Part shown: piece by piece, positions 39,843 through 56,559 of the stretch
Layout of the letters: each line of letters opens with the position of its first letter
Numbering within the stretch: the first letter of the stretch is position 1
Assembly: GCF_006345805.1 (NCBI RefSeq)
Contig: NC_043002.1
Location: 100,378,001 to 100,442,000 of the forward strand
From: Octopus sinensis
Taxonomy: Eukaryota
Reading direction: 5' to 3'
DNA length: 64,000 bases
Position numbers and translations under genes: made by a program
Notes under the pieces: model-generated
What the model was told of the DNA's origin: nothing
The model's database searches: none
Seen by the model: only the letters and a program-made list of their open reading frames with translations

Positions 39843-40512
39843 CAGCGAGCTGGCAGAATATTTAGTACGTCGGGCAAATTGTATAGCGTCATTTCGTCCA
39901 TTATTATGTTCTGATTTCAAATGCTGCTGAGGTAGACTTTACCATTCCTTTTTCTCGAGATCGATAAAATGCATACCATTAGAGTTCTGGGGTCGATGTA
40001 ATTGATTTATTCCCTCCTGGCCTGGAGGCGAAATAACTGGCCTGGAGGCAAAATTTGCACCTAATATTCTACTGGTTGTTAAGGCGGCGAGCTGGCAGAA
40101 ACGTTAGCACACCGGGCGAAATGCTAAGCGGGTATTTCGTCTGTCATTACGTTCTGAGTTCAAATTCCGCCGAGGTCGAATTTGCCTTTCATCCTTTCGG
40201 GGTTGATAAATTAAGTACCATTTACGCACTGGGGTCGATATAATCGACTTAATCCGTTTGTCTGTCCTTGTTTGTCTCCTCTATGTTTAGCCCCTTGTAG
40301 GCAATACAGAAATAAGAAACGTTAGCACACCTGGCAAAATGCTTAGTGGCATTTCGTCTGTCTTTATGTTCTGAGCTCAAGTTCCACTGAGGTAGACTTT
40401 ACCTTTAATCCTTTCGAGGTCGATAAAATAAGTACTAGTTGGGTACTGGGGTTGATGTAATCGACTGACATCCTCCACAAAATTGCTGGAATTGTGCCAG
40501 AATTTAAAACCA
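39843..40512 (+). mobile_element. Nin-domain SINE family B cluster
   Basis: ggcggcgagctggcagaaacgttagcac head at 40082, plus two further units. Confidence 0.85.
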
Positions 40513-41009
40513 ATTTATTCTACTTGTCATTCTGATTAATAAGTTAATAGATTCCTTACGATGGAGCAGTCTTATGATATAACGGTCGCTCCAATCCCAA
40601 ACGTCCCATATTTTCTTGATACAAAGTATAGCTCTCTAAATTATATAATATACGTACAAGGCCAGTATATTTTGTTTTGTTTGTTTGTATTTTGTGGAGT
40701 AGTCTAATTATGAGTAACATTTCAATTGCGAAGACCCCATATTCTCTTGTAATGCAACGTATGCCTCTCGAATTATTATATTGAAATAACACATGTACAA
40801 CGCCAGCATTTTGTTTGTTTGTTTTTGTTTTGATTTTCGGGGTTTCTTTGTTTTTTTTTTTTTTTTTGGTGGGCTACAATAACAAATGATTATACATTAT
40901 CTACCTCGAAATGACAAGCGAGACAAATCTTGGTGAGTTTTAAACTGACAAAGCAGAAAGTCTCAACAAACACTGCAAGGCATTTTACCCCAAACGCTAA
41001 TGATTCTAC

Positions 41010-41400
41010 TCTGTTACTTGTTTCAGTCATTTGACTGTGGCCATGCTGGAGTACCGCCTTTAGTCGAGCAAATCGACCCTCCATGACTTATTCTTTGTAA
41101 GCCTAGTACTTATTCTATCGGTCTCTTTTGCCGAACCGCTAAGTTACGAGGACTTAAACACACCAGCATCGTTTGTCAAGCGATGTTAGGGAGACAAACA
41201 CAGACACACAAACATATACACACACGCATACATATGCATATATACGACGATCTTCTTTCAGTTTCCGTCTACCAAATCCACTCACAAGGCTTTGGTCGGC
41301 CCCATGTTATAGTAGAAGACACTTGCCCAAGGTTCCACGCAGTGGGACTGAGCCCGGAACCATGTGGTTCGTAAGCAAGCTACATACCACACAGCCACTC
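41010..41400 (-). mobile_element. tRNA SINE family A, full length
   Basis: Reverse complement of 28067-28480. Confidence 0.9.
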
Positions 41401-42351
41401 AAACCGCTCGAAATAATGTTTCTAGTGTCGATAAAAGGCCTGGAATTTTTTGCTAGATATTAATACATTTGTCTGGTACGTCATTCTGTGTGTGTTTGTG
41501 TGTGTTTGTGTGTGTGTCTTTTTGTCTGGGTTTAATGCACTCCCACCCGCCTATCATCATTTGACAAGTATTACATCAACTCCCGACGAGATAGTGCTTC
41601 GACAAAAACGTTCAATAAAGTAAATACCAGGCTCTAAAAATATGTACTGGGTTCAAGTTTTTCGACTAAACTATTTGCGGCGGTGCTCCAGAATAGCCGC
41701 AGTCCAATGACAGAAGGACGTAAAAGATAGAAGATTCACAGACGCAATATTAAAGACAAGGTGGAATTAATGCTGAAGTCGGTGCTCCCAGTATAGCCTA
41801 ACAACTTTGATATAAAGCCAACAAAAGGTCTAGGAAGAAATATGTTATGTAGTATGTGTACCTATGTATTGCATCTCATGTTTTTGTAGTTTTCATAATA
41901 AACAGATTCACTCGTTAACATACAAAATGATCATGGCATGGACACAGTCACACAAATAATTCTTATATGAGGCATGTCGAATAATATATATCTGTGTGTG
42001 TGTGTGTTTGAATGTGTGTGAGCGTGTGTGTGTGTGTGAATGTGTGTGAGCGTATATGTGGGTTGTAAATATACATATGCTTCTGTATGACTGTACGTGT
42101 ATATCTGTGTCTGAATAAATCCCTCTATAATGTATCCATACATATATATGCGTATACAAATGCGTATATATATATATACATACATATATATATATGTGCG
42201 TGTGTGTGTGTGTATGCATATATATATGAATACATGTATATATATATAAATATATATACATATATATATGTATATATATATTTATTTATATAAATATATA
42301 TATGCATATATATATACATACATATATGTATATGTATATATATATGTATTG

Positions 42352-42397
<46 letters not shown>

Positions 42398-42429
42398 TAT
42401 ATATATAATATATACATATATAATAATAT

Positions 42430-42810
42430 TAGGGAGTAAATCCAAACTTACAGGGAAAAATTAGATTTAGGACTAAATCCAATTTTATAGTATAAATATA
42501 TATTATATTAAATATTATATTAAATTAGAGATAAAACCACTATTAGGCAAATCAAGAAGTGAAAATCATAAGCCAATACACAGAAAAAAATTAATTAAAA
42601 AAATATAAAATATAAATATAAAAAATATAAAATATAAAATTCCAAATTAAATTAATTTAAGTATTTAAATTTGGAATTTTATATTTTATACTTTTTATAT
42701 TTATATTTTATATTTTTTAATTAATTTTTTTCTATGTATTGGCTTATGATTTTCACTGCTTGATTTGCCTAATAGTGGTTTTATCTCTAATTTAATATAA
42801 TATTTAATAT
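42430..42810. mobile_element. Fold-back element (arms ~42503-42652 and 42663-42810), same family as the HHR element 44705-44900
   Basis: Shares aattagaga.taaaccactattaggcaaatcaa..taagccaataca with 44709-44764; TA-flanked. Confidence 0.75.
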
Positions 42811-42845
42811 ATATATATATGTATGTGTATACATATATATATATA

Positions 42846-42911
42846 TTCTGCTAGAATGATGTGTGTGGCATTCTGACCAGCTGTATGAATATGTATTCAG
42901 AGACGTATCTT

Positions 42912-42964
<53 letters not shown>

Positions 42965-42974
42965 TCTATATATC

Positions 42975-43049
<75 letters not shown>

Positions 43050-43113
43050 CAGAGGGAAAGATACATCTTCACACAGCTGGTCAGAATGCCACACACATCA
43101 TTATAGCAGAAAT
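42846..43113. repeat. Short inverted duplication enclosing a (CT)n(TA)n(GT)n tract
   Basis: ttctgcta.aatgatgtgtgtggcattctgaccagctgt at 42847 and its reverse complement at 43073-43111. Confidence 0.8.
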
Positions 43114-43467
43114 GTTCAGATGGCATATTTGTAATGAGATATGTAAGTTGCGTGCTGGTCTAAAAAGGCATTCAAAAATCCAATAAATCAACCAAGAATA
43201 ACAATACGGTGCCGCTTAACGTAAGACATACTTACATTATACGCAATGCAAATTTCAAGCAGCTCTCTGACATAAGCCACATTGGTGATCATGCACATCT
43301 AACCAGAAGTGGTCAAACTTTGAATAGATGTAAAATGCTCCCTCTCTCTCTCTCTAGCTATCTCTCTTTCTCTTTCCTTCCCTATCTCTTTCTTCTTCTT
43401 TCTATATATATATATATATATATACGACCGCGAGTCCGCTGTCCTAACCACTGGGCCATTACGCCTC

Positions 43468-43538
<71 letters not shown>

Positions 43539-43541
<3 letters not shown>

Positions 43542-43649
43542 CCAAATATACCGAAAAAAAAACAAAATTGTCAATTAACCATTATAATAACCATTATAAG
43601 TTATAATGGTTAATTGACAATTTTGTCTTTTTTTCGGAATATTTGGCAT
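43539..43649. repeat. ~110-bp hairpin adjoining a (TA)/(TATG) tract
   Basis: atgccaaatataccgaaaa..caattaaccattataa / ttataatggttaattg..ttttcggaatatttggcat. Confidence 0.8.
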
Positions 43650-43983
43650 TAGAATTTTTCTTTTGCCCTTATATTGTAAATTATTTATAAATTTAACCTT
43701 TAAAGGTATTTTTTGATATGCTGGCCATTGATGAAATTTTTTTCCCGAAAAAAATTTTCTCCTACATTAATTATATATATGTATGTATATTTGACAGCCA
43801 AAACAAAAGCATATTACTCTACCTTTGTTATTCGAGTACTATTTTAACCTCTTGTTTTGCACTTCTATACCCTCCTTTGTCTACAATATATTATATATAT
43901 ATAATATATATATATATATATGGGCGAGGGAAATACATATTTGTCTATGTAGATATGTAGATATTTGTCTATGTAGATATGTC

Positions 43984-44024
<41 letters not shown>

Positions 44025-44035
44025 TATATACGTAT

Positions 44036-44400
44036 CACGGCTGTGTGATAAGGAACTTGCATCCCAGCCACATGGTTGCCGATTCAGTCTCACTGTGTGG
44101 TACCTTAGGTAAGTGGATTTGGTTGTGAGTGGATTTGGTAGACGGTAACTGAAAGAAGCTCGTCGTATATGTATTTATATGTTTGTATGTGTGTCTATAG
44201 TTCCTCCCACTCCCCCATCACCGTTTGACAACTGGTGTTCGTGTGTTTCCGTACCCGTAAATTACCAGTGCAGCAAAAGATATCGGGAGAACAAGTACCG
44301 GGCATAGAAAAGTACTGGGGTCGACACACTCGACTCGACTAAACTTTCATCAAGGAGTTACTCCGGCCTGGCCGTGGTCTATTAAATGAAATATATAAAA
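44036..44400 (+). mobile_element. tRNA SINE family A, diverged
   Basis: ggctgtgtgataag head, gtgagtggatttggtagacgg core. Confidence 0.75.
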
Positions 44401-44824
44401 GAGAAAAGATATATGTATATATATATATATTATATATATATATATTATATGTATATGTATATGTATTATATATATGTATATATATATATATAAAGTAATA
44501 TATATATAAAGTATATATATATGTATATAATATGTATATATATATATAATGTATATATATATATATGTGTGTATATATATAATGCATATATATATGTGTA
44601 CTTATATATATCTATAAATATGTATATATATATCTATATATATGTATGTAATATATATATAATATACTATATATATATATATTATGTATGTATATAATAT
44701 ATAATATAAATTAGAGACTAAACCACTATTAGGCAAATCAAACAGGAAGACTTAAGCCAATACATATGATTATTTATATTATTTAAATATGTAACAAAAT
44801 TATTAAAAAATATAATTAATATCC

Positions 44825-44885
44825 CACTACGATCGTTTCCTGCCTGCTGTCTTCAAATTTTTTAGTCGCAGTCATTCATCAGGTG
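44825..44885 (-). ncRNA. Type I HHR, intact core
   Basis: cac-CTGATGA-a tgactgc..gcaggca g-GAAAC gatc GTA-gtg; palindromic ACGATCGT. Confidence 0.85.
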
Positions 44886-44933
44886 TTTAAGAATTTTAAT
44901 ATATATATATGTATGTATCTATCTATCTATCTA

Positions 44934-45002
<69 letters not shown>

Positions 45003-45004
<2 letters not shown>

Positions 45005-45401
45005 GTTTATATATTTGTTTTGCAAGATTCTTAATGTGATATCGTGTGTTGAAACGGATATTGTTGTATTTAAAGATGGATATGTTGCCAGTTTAGCCAA
45101 TAAAAACACACGCACTATATAATTGGTGTTAATTCGCTTCAGCTTTATTTCTTTTTTTACATTAATCTTAATCTTATTTCGGCCAGAGTTCTTTCTTCAC
45201 ACTTCTGTGACCTCATCAGTGGTCCTTTGCTTTCTTCTTTCTTATTTGTGTGTCTCTCCTTACTAATGGTCAGCCATTTTGTCGAAAGAACTCTGGCAGA
45301 TATAAGATTAAGATTAATGTAAAAAATAAATAAGGCTGAAGCAAATTAACACCAAATATGTAGTGGCGAAACTGGCAACATGACCATCCCTAAATAGAAC
45401 A

Positions 45402-45405
<4 letters not shown>
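45003..45405. mobile_element. Fold-back HHR element (same family as 59845-60460)
   Basis: Minus-strand unit 45003-45250 with a partial inverted copy 45281-45405; TA-flanked. Confidence 0.8.
45181..45226 (-). ncRNA. Minimal HHR
   Basis: ggacca-CTGATGA-g gtcaca gaag tgtgaa-GAAAG aa CTC-tggcc. Confidence 0.75.
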
Positions 45406-45462
<57 letters not shown>

Positions 45463-45489
45463 TGTGTGTATGTATGTATCTATGTATCT

Positions 45490-45527
<38 letters not shown>

Positions 45528-46320
45528 CAGTCTTTGTTAGCAGACATATGTACATTATTGGCGTTTATGTCATTGTCGTTTGATTGTATTTTTTTATTTA
45601 CTTTCTCCTCAGTAAATATTTTGGATGAAGATTTAGAGTCTGCTCGCCTCCCTATTTCAAAATCAATACATCTGTAGTACCTAATTTCGCATTAGGTGAC
45701 AGAGATGAATAGAGTAAGGAAGCAGTAAAGCTCGCTGCTGGAACTCCCATAATTTCTAAAGTTGACCCACATTACATTGCTATTCTAGTACTTATATCAT
45801 TCATGATTAAAAATCGATGTCATTTGTTCTTCGAACAATTTCCGACATACCATCTGTATAAAAACAATGCTTTCTTCATTCTTTAACATGCAACTGCTCG
45901 CCATTATTGTGGCTTGTTGTACTCAGTCTTGCATTTATTTTTATAGTTTACCATTGTATTACGAACTACTTTCAGAGATAAGAAGCTGATCTGAATTAGA
46001 AAACGAATTAAATAGCGTTAGAATCACAAAGTAGAAGATGCTGAATTAACGTTATTTATAGAGAATTAAAAATATATCTGCAACTGCAGAGAAAATCATT
46101 TGGTGCACATTCCTTTTGGCATACATTCTTTGCTACTGAATGAATTAATTCTATATATTTGGCACATTTCAATAAAGGGAAATTTCGGTACTGAAGTTGT
46201 ATGTGATATTTCAGACGGGATGATGTTTTGCGTGCAATATTTAAAGTCAGATTAACTATATATATACATTCACATTTACACACTCGTATGTATATAGAAA
46301 CGCGAAAGCACACCTTCATT

Positions 46321-47990
<1,670 letters not shown>

Positions 47991-48029
47991 TAGATGTATA
48001 TATATATATATATATATAATATATATATA

Positions 48030-48406
48030 CTAGCAGTATCGCCCGGCGTTGCTCAGTTTGTAAGGGAAATAACTATAAAGCATTTTTAGAGAGTTATAAC
48101 CAAAAAATAGCAAAAAAAATGGAAAAAAAAAATTATGGTAAAATTTTTTTTAGTTAAAAGGTGGAAGGCGTCCCCTAGACAGTTTGCGGTTTGTGTTTCT
48201 GATTCTCGACCCCCATGTCGAATTCATCGATTTTTTTCAGAACTGGGGGACCTTTTCAAAATTTTCGCTGCGTTAGTTTGAATATGACATTGGGCTATGT
48301 GTGCGTCAAGTTTCATCAGAATCGGTTGAAAGCCGTGGTCAGGGTGAGGGTAAAGCAAACAGACACACAGAAACACGCACAGACAAACTGCGTTTTATAA
48401 GAGAGA
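48030..48406 (-). mobile_element. Non-autonomous Helitron
   Basis: Minus strand A|TCtctcttataaaa ... gagcaacgccgggcgatactgCTAG|T; termini resemble those of 450-1614. Confidence 0.8.
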
Positions 48407-49367
48407 TATATATAGATAGATAGATAGATAGATAGATTGATTGATATAATTGCGCAAACTTCACCTGAGATGAATACGCTTCGTTAATGAGATGTAACGT
48501 AATCAAAACAAGTGTATTTATATGTGTATATATAAGTATATGCAATTCTACTATATATGCCCATGTATATGCAATAAACGAGGTTATAACATATTTTGTG
48601 TGTGTCTATATATATATGTATATTTTATGTGTGAGTGTGTGTGTGTTTGAATAAAAATGTATATATTATATATATATGCATGTATTGAATTATGTAAATT
48701 TGTCTATGTACATATGTATACACGTTTTTTATGTACGTGTGTGTATATAATGTGGATATATAAACAGCTAAGTGACTAATCAATGCTCTGAGTTTGAACT
48801 CTTATGATAGCTTTCATGTTTATTTAATTTGCAAAGTTTGACCCAGAATTCCATATAGCGTGTGCCTGTTTTTGTAAGAACATTGCAAAGTAAATAGCAT
48901 CTACAGCAGAATTTTGGTTTTATTCCCCAATTTTCTAATCAATTTTCTTTCATTTGTATTTCAAACGAAAGTTTCGGGCTTCTTTGAACATAAGCAACAC
49001 AAGAAATAAAATAGATACATCGGAATATCTGAATATATCTTTTGTTACATAGTCGTGTTCTGTTGTGAGTTAAATTTGAAATTTTCAATTGGATTCAAGA
49101 TTTGATTACCAGTATTATGCTGTAAATAAATCGTGTTGTAGTGAAAGAAATCTATATTTCGTTAGAAATCAACAAGTGCTTCAATTCTCTTAACTCATTT
49201 GTAATGAGATGCACAAAAGTACCCTGTGTTTATAATTCTATTTACGTATAAACGTATGTGAATACATTATTTGATAATGAACAGGTATATTTGTGTGTGT
49301 GAGAGAGTGTGTGTGTGTGAGAGAGAGAGTGTGTGTGTGTGTGTGAGAGAGAGTGAGAGAGAGAGAG

Positions 49368-49412
<45 letters not shown>

Positions 49413-49995
49413 TTCTTTGAATATCTAGAAATAGTACTTTATCTTTGAAGAATGATTTATGAATTTGATCAAATATGACTGTGGAAAGCAAATATGGTGG
49501 AGATAAGCGAATAAACATATGTATGGAAAGTGCGGCCATTATTGTCAGAAATTGTATAAATCAACGTGTAAATAGTATTAATTTCAGTTAAATCACGGAA
49601 CACAGTATCTTTACTTTGAAGGTGCTTCTCTATCTTATTTGATGTGTTTGATAAATAAAGGTGAAGATTCTAAAGTTAATGCTATGTCTGACATATTGTG
49701 AGTTATTTATTATTGAAATATATGATCAGAAAACAGAAGCACAGTGTTAGTTAGTTCTGCGTTTTTCAATCGCTGAATAGTGGTTAGATGTAGACTGAAC
49801 AATTATAGAATTAGAACTACTGAGAGATATTTAGGAAAGAGAGTTTTCCTTTTTCATAAGGCAGCCATATTGTACAGTCAAGAGAGTATCTAATCGATTG
49901 CTTTGTGGTAATCGTTCTTGCTTCGTTACTCTTAGTTTATATATTGCAGATGTCAACTATTCCTTTCATATTTTGAGGGTTATGCATGTATAATA

Positions 49996-50430
49996 TAGAC
50001 GTGGCTTTATGGTAAGAAACTTGCATCCGACCACATGGTTCGAGTTTCAGTCTCAGTGCGTGGCACCTTGGGCGAGTGTCTTCTGCTATAGTCTCGGGCC
50101 GATCAGGGCATTGTGAGTGAATTTGGTAGACGGAATGTGAAAGAAAACCGTCGTATATGTATATATATGTGTCTATGTATGTGTCTGTCTTCATGTCTGT
50201 ACTTGTTCCCATACACCCACACACAGACACAAACACACACCACTAGACAACCGATGTTGGTGTGTTTATGTTCCCGAAACTCAGTGGTTCGGCAAAAGAA
50301 ACCGATAGAAAAAGTACCAGGTTTTAAGAAAATAAGTACTGGGATGGATACTTTCGGCAAAATTTTTTCAAGACGGTGCCCCAGTATGGCCGCAGTCTAA
50401 GCAGTCTAATAGCTGAACCAAGTGAATGAT
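49996..50430 (+). mobile_element. tRNA SINE family A
   Basis: Full head, core and tail similarity to 28067-28480. Confidence 0.85.
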
Positions 50431-50435
50431 AACGA

Positions 50436-50508
<73 letters not shown>

Positions 50509-50844
50509 TGTGTGTGTGTATGTATATATCTATATATATATATATATATATGTGTATACATATATATGTATATATATATTGTATATATATATGTATATAT
50601 ATGTATATGTATATATATATATGTATATATATATGTATATGTGTATATATATATATATATGTATAATGTGTATATATATATATATGTATATATATATATG
50701 CATATATATATGTATATTATATATATATATATATATATGTGTAGTATATATATATATATGTATATATATATGTATATACATATATATATATATGTATATA
50801 TATATGTATATACATATATATATATGTGTAATATATATATGTAT

Positions 50845-50882
<38 letters not shown>

Positions 50883-50945
50883 ATATAATATATATATATA
50901 TACACATATATATATATATATAATATATTATGTATATATATATAA

Positions 50946-51007
<62 letters not shown>

Positions 51008-52161
51008 TATATATATATAATATATATAATTTCTTTGGTATGTGATATTTCAATCTCAGTACACTTTTTCGTTATTTAGAATTATATAACCATATTTTGT
51101 ATCAGAATTCAGAATCAGTGAAGCTTTCCGAACGTAAATGAAACAATAACTCGTTATAAGTTGTTAAAGCAAAAGACTTAGCGAAAATAATATAGGCATA
51201 TATGCTCACTGCATACTGAACCTAAGAACTAAAGCAAAGTGGCCTCACCTTCTCGAATTAATCGGGTAAATTGCCCTTAAGCTGCACTCTACTGACTTCG
51301 AGAAAAGCAACCTATTTAATAGTATTCATCTGCATGTTAAATAGGATAGGTGACTACGGTTGGAATATATTTACTCTATCAGATCTAACATTTACGGACA
51401 AAAAGAACAACACCAACGACCATCAATTTGGATGGCACACTCCTTTATGTTCACTTTTCTCTCTGGGATTCAATATAAATTATTCGCAACAACTTTTTAA
51501 AGTTACTCTGTTTGATGTTTCTCTATAGTCTTTATCATATCCCTTGTTTCTAGGAATATTTCTTGTACAAATTCTTCAGTTAATTCTTTAACACTTTTCT
51601 ATTTCTGTATTATAATTTGTTTCTTATTTAGCTGTTGCTATTTGTCTTTATAATGAGGTTCACTTTCATACAAGAACAATGTATGTATGTATGTATGTAT
51701 GTATGTATGTATGTATGTATGTATGTATATGTATGTATGTAATGTATGTATGTATGTATGTATGTATGTGCATAGGCATTACACAATGCGTATGTGTTGC
51801 TTTGGCAGTACTGTAGCATAATATGTAGTAATATTAATCTGCCAGCAGTCTATTCCAAATGATACGTCATCAGAGCCCAGCAATTTGGCATATCTTGAGG
51901 TTCTGCTCTATGGTATGTTGACATGTTATGGTATGCTCTATGGTATGTTTAGCCTATGGTATGTTGACGTAGATCGGAAGTCAATTAGTTGTACAGCAAT
52001 AGACCGCCAGTACCTCATTATATTGGAAGGACGAAAAGCAATGTGGATTCTGTCGATGTTTGAACACAGAATAGACCAAATGAGACCAACTACTGGCATT
52101 TTGTATGATGCCCTAACGATTCAGCCTTACCACCGCTCTTAAACACCAATTTGTGTCACTT

Positions 52162-52243
<82 letters not shown>

Positions 52244-52336
52244 CTATCTATCTCTCTCTCCCTCTCTCTCTCTCTTCTCTCTCTTTTCTCTCTCTCTTAA
52301 TATATATATATATATATATATACACCGCTTTGCTAG

Positions 52337-52700
52337 TTAACCTTAGAGAACTTTGGGTATGGCAGTCATTTTAGGTTACGTACTATAACTTTTATTTCGT
52401 AGAATCCTTGGCATTGATGTGCCTATCACAGCTTGAAATTATTTTGCTTGGCTTTACTTGATCTGAAAGATAATTATATCTTTTATTATTGGTTGGCCTT
52501 GCATCTTTATTGATTGCAGCGGCATCTGTGACTGTTTGATGCTCATTTCCTTGGTATTGCTTTTGAAGACATGAATTTGGGAAATATCCCATCATAGTAT
52601 TAATATCCGAATATGCAAGCCATAAATTCTTTAAGAAATCTCTTTGGTTAAATTGCTTTCCTTTGGGTGCAACATAACTACGGATTTTTCTATCGTCAGA
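52337..52700 (-). mobile_element. Possible piggyBac 3' remnant
   Basis: TTAA|CC end at 52337; QRDFLKNLWLAY...KRY..KPSKI.SSCDRHI resembles an eroded piggyBac C-terminal cysteine-rich domain. Confidence 0.4.
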
Positions 52701-53113
52701 TGTTACCGTATTTTCTGCTTGACATTTCAATTAAGACGTTGCAGAAAATCTTCTAGTTTATACACTCCATTGTGCTTATTGTCTATTTTCTCTTGCAAGG
52801 TTTTTCCATGAATTTACAACTAAAAGCGTTCTGTGAGAAGAAAGTCATCTCTAGTCATCGTAATTCTCTTGTTGAGAAATATATATTGTAATAAAAGTGA
52901 GCAGTCTTATCGAAGTTTCGTACTTGTCTGTTCACGAATGTGAACAAACAAGATGGAAAAACAGTGTCCGTTTTCGATATAATAAATGTATATAGTCAGT
53001 CTACCCAACATATTGAGTTCTGCATCATATGCTTGCATTATGGCATACATATCTATCTATCTACCCATCTATCTAAATAACTAATTAATTAACTGTATGT
53101 CTGTGTGTCTATG

Positions 53114-53147
<34 letters not shown>

Positions 53148-53712
53148 GTGTGTGTGTGTGTGTGTGTGTGTGTGTTCGTAAATTCTTACATTTCTACATG
53201 CACTCATATACACACACATTTATATACATATATATACAGGTATGTATATATTGGAAGGTATAATACATTACCGAAAGTTCTGGGCTCAGCTCCACATTCC
53301 ACCCCTATATTCTACATGGTTTGAAAATAATGACAGCGATGGGAGTTCGATAAGAAACGCAGCAGATATTATATTTGGGAGCTTTAAGCATTTTTAGCGT
53401 AGTCGCATTTCTGCGAGATAATTTGTGCTATTGCCGGGATCTATGGCACCTGTTGCGCAAACCGGTTAGTTCGTTTCTTTGGTATATGATACAAAAGTAC
53501 AATATGATGTTTGTTGCATGGCCTCATATAAAATAGTCATACTTATTAGGGGCATGGAAGATGGTGTGGCAGAACAGAGGTCAACACAAGGCAAGGTAAT
53601 ATGAATATGAGGAAGAATAAAGGAGGCAGTAATGTACATACGCAAACACCCACACACATATAGGCGTACTTCTATATACTCACATACACCTGCGCAAACC
53701 TATATATATATT

Positions 53713-53785
<73 letters not shown>

Positions 53786-53794
53786 GTGTGTGTG

Positions 53795-54157
53795 TGGATG
53801 GAAGCACTCCGTCTGTTACGACGACGAGGGTTCCGGTTGATCCGATCAACGGAACAGCCTACTCGTGAAATTAACGTGTAAGTGGCTGAGCACTCCACAG
53901 ACACGTGTACCCTTAACGTAGTTCTCGGGGATATTCAGCGTGACACAGAGAGTGACAAGGCCGGCCCCTTGAAATACATGTACAACAGAAACAGGAAGTA
54001 AGAGTGAGAGAAAGTTGTGGTGAAAGAGTACAGCAGTGATCACCACCATCCCCTGCCGGAGCGTCGTGCAGCTTTAGGTTTTTTCGCTCAATAAACTCTC
54101 ACAACGCCCGGTCTGGGAATCGAAACTGCGATTCTACGACCGCGAGTGCGCCTCCAC
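53795..54157 (-). mobile_element. tRNA SINE family D with a different 3' tail
   Basis: Head and centre (53990-54157) match 37430-37610; tail dissimilar. Confidence 0.8.
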
Positions 54158-54169
54158 ATATATATAACA

Positions 54170-54466
54170 TGAACTCTCCCGTCGTTAGACGGCATATGAG
54201 GGTTTGGTAATTTCTTGCCAAACAACCACAAAGATGATTTGTTTAAAGTGATCGAATATTTGTGTACACATAAGTACACTCCCTCCAACAAATCGACATT
54301 ACCTGTACAAGTGCACCATGAACCACGTCATATGACGAAATGATCGCAGAGTAACGTGAAATGAAGGGATTCTCTCAAGAACACAACACAAAGCCCGGTC
54401 CGGGAATCGACCCATGATCTCGCAATCGTAGGGGCAACACTTTAACCATTAGGCCATACGTCTTCA
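54170..54466 (-). mobile_element. tRNA SINE family C-related
   Basis: Minus-strand tggcctaatggttaaagtg..gtcgattcccggaccgggc..gtgttcttgag. Confidence 0.7.
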
Positions 54467-55607
54467 CACACATATATATATATATCGAATTGCAAAATAT
54501 GAAGGAAATAAGGTAGAAGGGTTTTTGGTCAGTTTAGTAATCGGTGTAATAATGGCAGTCACTGGAATATATCGAGGTATGTGAGTAGGACATTAGACAT
54601 GTCTGTCTTGACGTTTTAATGGTATTTAGTTCTAACGAGTTCCGGTTTGGTAGACATGGCACTTATTTATTGTCTGTGTAAATAGGTCTGAGAATGAAAA
54701 TCACTGATAGGGTGTTCGGCCACGCGTATAGATATATACAAGCATAAACACATACAAAAATACATATACATTTATACGTGTATGTTGCGCACAAATACAC
54801 ACATATGCATAGATGTTCACATGTATGCACGCATACATGTATGCTCGCATACATGTATGCCTGTGCAGTCACACAAGCCTTAAAAAACCGCGTAGCAAAA
54901 TATATATTTACATATGTACATATACAGTCCCACATATATGCGCGGTGTGACCACATACACACAAGCATGTATATTGTGTATCGAACTCACAACCTTCATA
55001 TTTCTACAAAACTCGTGCACCACCGTTTCGTGAAATTTCCGCGCTTTTGTGTATGCTTATTAGCTTCCACATTTACCAGAGTAAATTATCCAAAAATGTT
55101 ACTTAAAGCAGGATATTACATTGTAAGTGATCAGAAATGTGCTGTCATATACCACCTATTCATTCAGAAGACTACAACCTTATGTGGGCCCGACTGCGCC
55201 AGTTCACGCAGTGATGATTTGGGGCAATACCGATGAAGCAGGCAAATCACGTTTCGCAACAACAGTTTCAGTCGGCTTGCGGAAACGCGAGTGCATTATA
55301 TAAAATTTCAAAACACCAGTCAAGTTTTCTATGTGAGGTGGCTCTTTCATACACGCTCACACACATGCATACACACATACATACATATATACATACGTAC
55401 ATACATACATACATACATACATACATACATACACACATACATACATACATACATACACACACATACATACACATGCACACGCCCACATACAAATATATAC
55501 TTATAGAGAGAGAGATGGGCAGGAGGAAGTACGAATAGATTACAATTACTAACAGTATATTTTTGTTTATTTATAAGTAGCCCTCCATTCGTGAATAACT
55601 ATTTGAT

Positions 55608-55878
55608 TGCACCTAGAAAATTCCCCTCCGAGGTACAAATGTGGGCAAAGTTGTTTGGGAAAGACTAGCGGATGCCCATTTATACCAGCCTCTCCTCACC
55701 ATGCCACCGACGTTATCGAAGGGAAAGGCAAAAGCCGATACAGCTTCGCATCACTGACGTGGCGACTCTTTTCTACAGCTGAATGAACTCGAGAACGCAA
55801 CACACAGCTCTGTCCTCGAACCGAACTCACTTCCTCATGATTGTGAGCCCGGTGCTCAAACCACTGGGCCAAGCGCAC
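55608..55878 (-). mobile_element. tRNA SINE family C
   Basis: Shares head and tail (aaaggcaaaagccgatacagctt) with 8290-8601. Confidence 0.75.
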
Positions 55879-56071
55879 TGTTGATAAGGTCATTCTTATA
55901 CATGATTACGATTCACAATCGGAACCGCATTATTTTATGAATGTTACAAATTCTCCCTAACTATCGTCAAAAAGAAATATAAATATACAATTCGACTTGT
56001 TGACCTCTCTAGAGGTTTTGGACCGTGCGTTAAGAGATAATAAATGAGTGAGACAGAGAGAGAGAGAGAGA

Positions 56072-56116
<45 letters not shown>

Positions 56117-56503
56117 GTTAGAATTACAAATATGCGACATATGTATAGCATGTAATCAGTTCTAATCGATTTTAATCAATTTTAAAGCATCCTATAAAAC
56201 CAAGTTCTCTTACTTTACAAGTCAAGCAGCAGACCCATCATCCGCCCTTCACTGATCCGCCAATAACATGTATTGATAACATTGTAAGAAAATTACACGA
56301 GAACATAATTTGCTTCATTAAACTTAATCACTCCATTTACAATTTTTAACTCAATCAAACCTCTGCTCTTTCATATTCGTGTTACGTTAATTTTCTTTTC
56401 CTTTTCTTCTACTTTTGAATAAATCAATGACTATTACTATGGTTACTGGTATAGTCGATGTTCTTGTCATTACGATAGTAAAAGAAGAATAATAATAATA
56501 ATG

Positions 56504-56557
<54 letters not shown>

Positions 56558-56559
<2 letters not shown>

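Noticed and set aside
43720-43765. ggccattgatgaaatttt...cgaaaa as an HHR
   Set aside because: No stem III/NUH or stem I partner; too AT-rich to distinguish from chance.
51905-51968. Four copies of (c/t)tatggtatg(t/c)t
   Set aside because: Short local minisatellite with no further structure.
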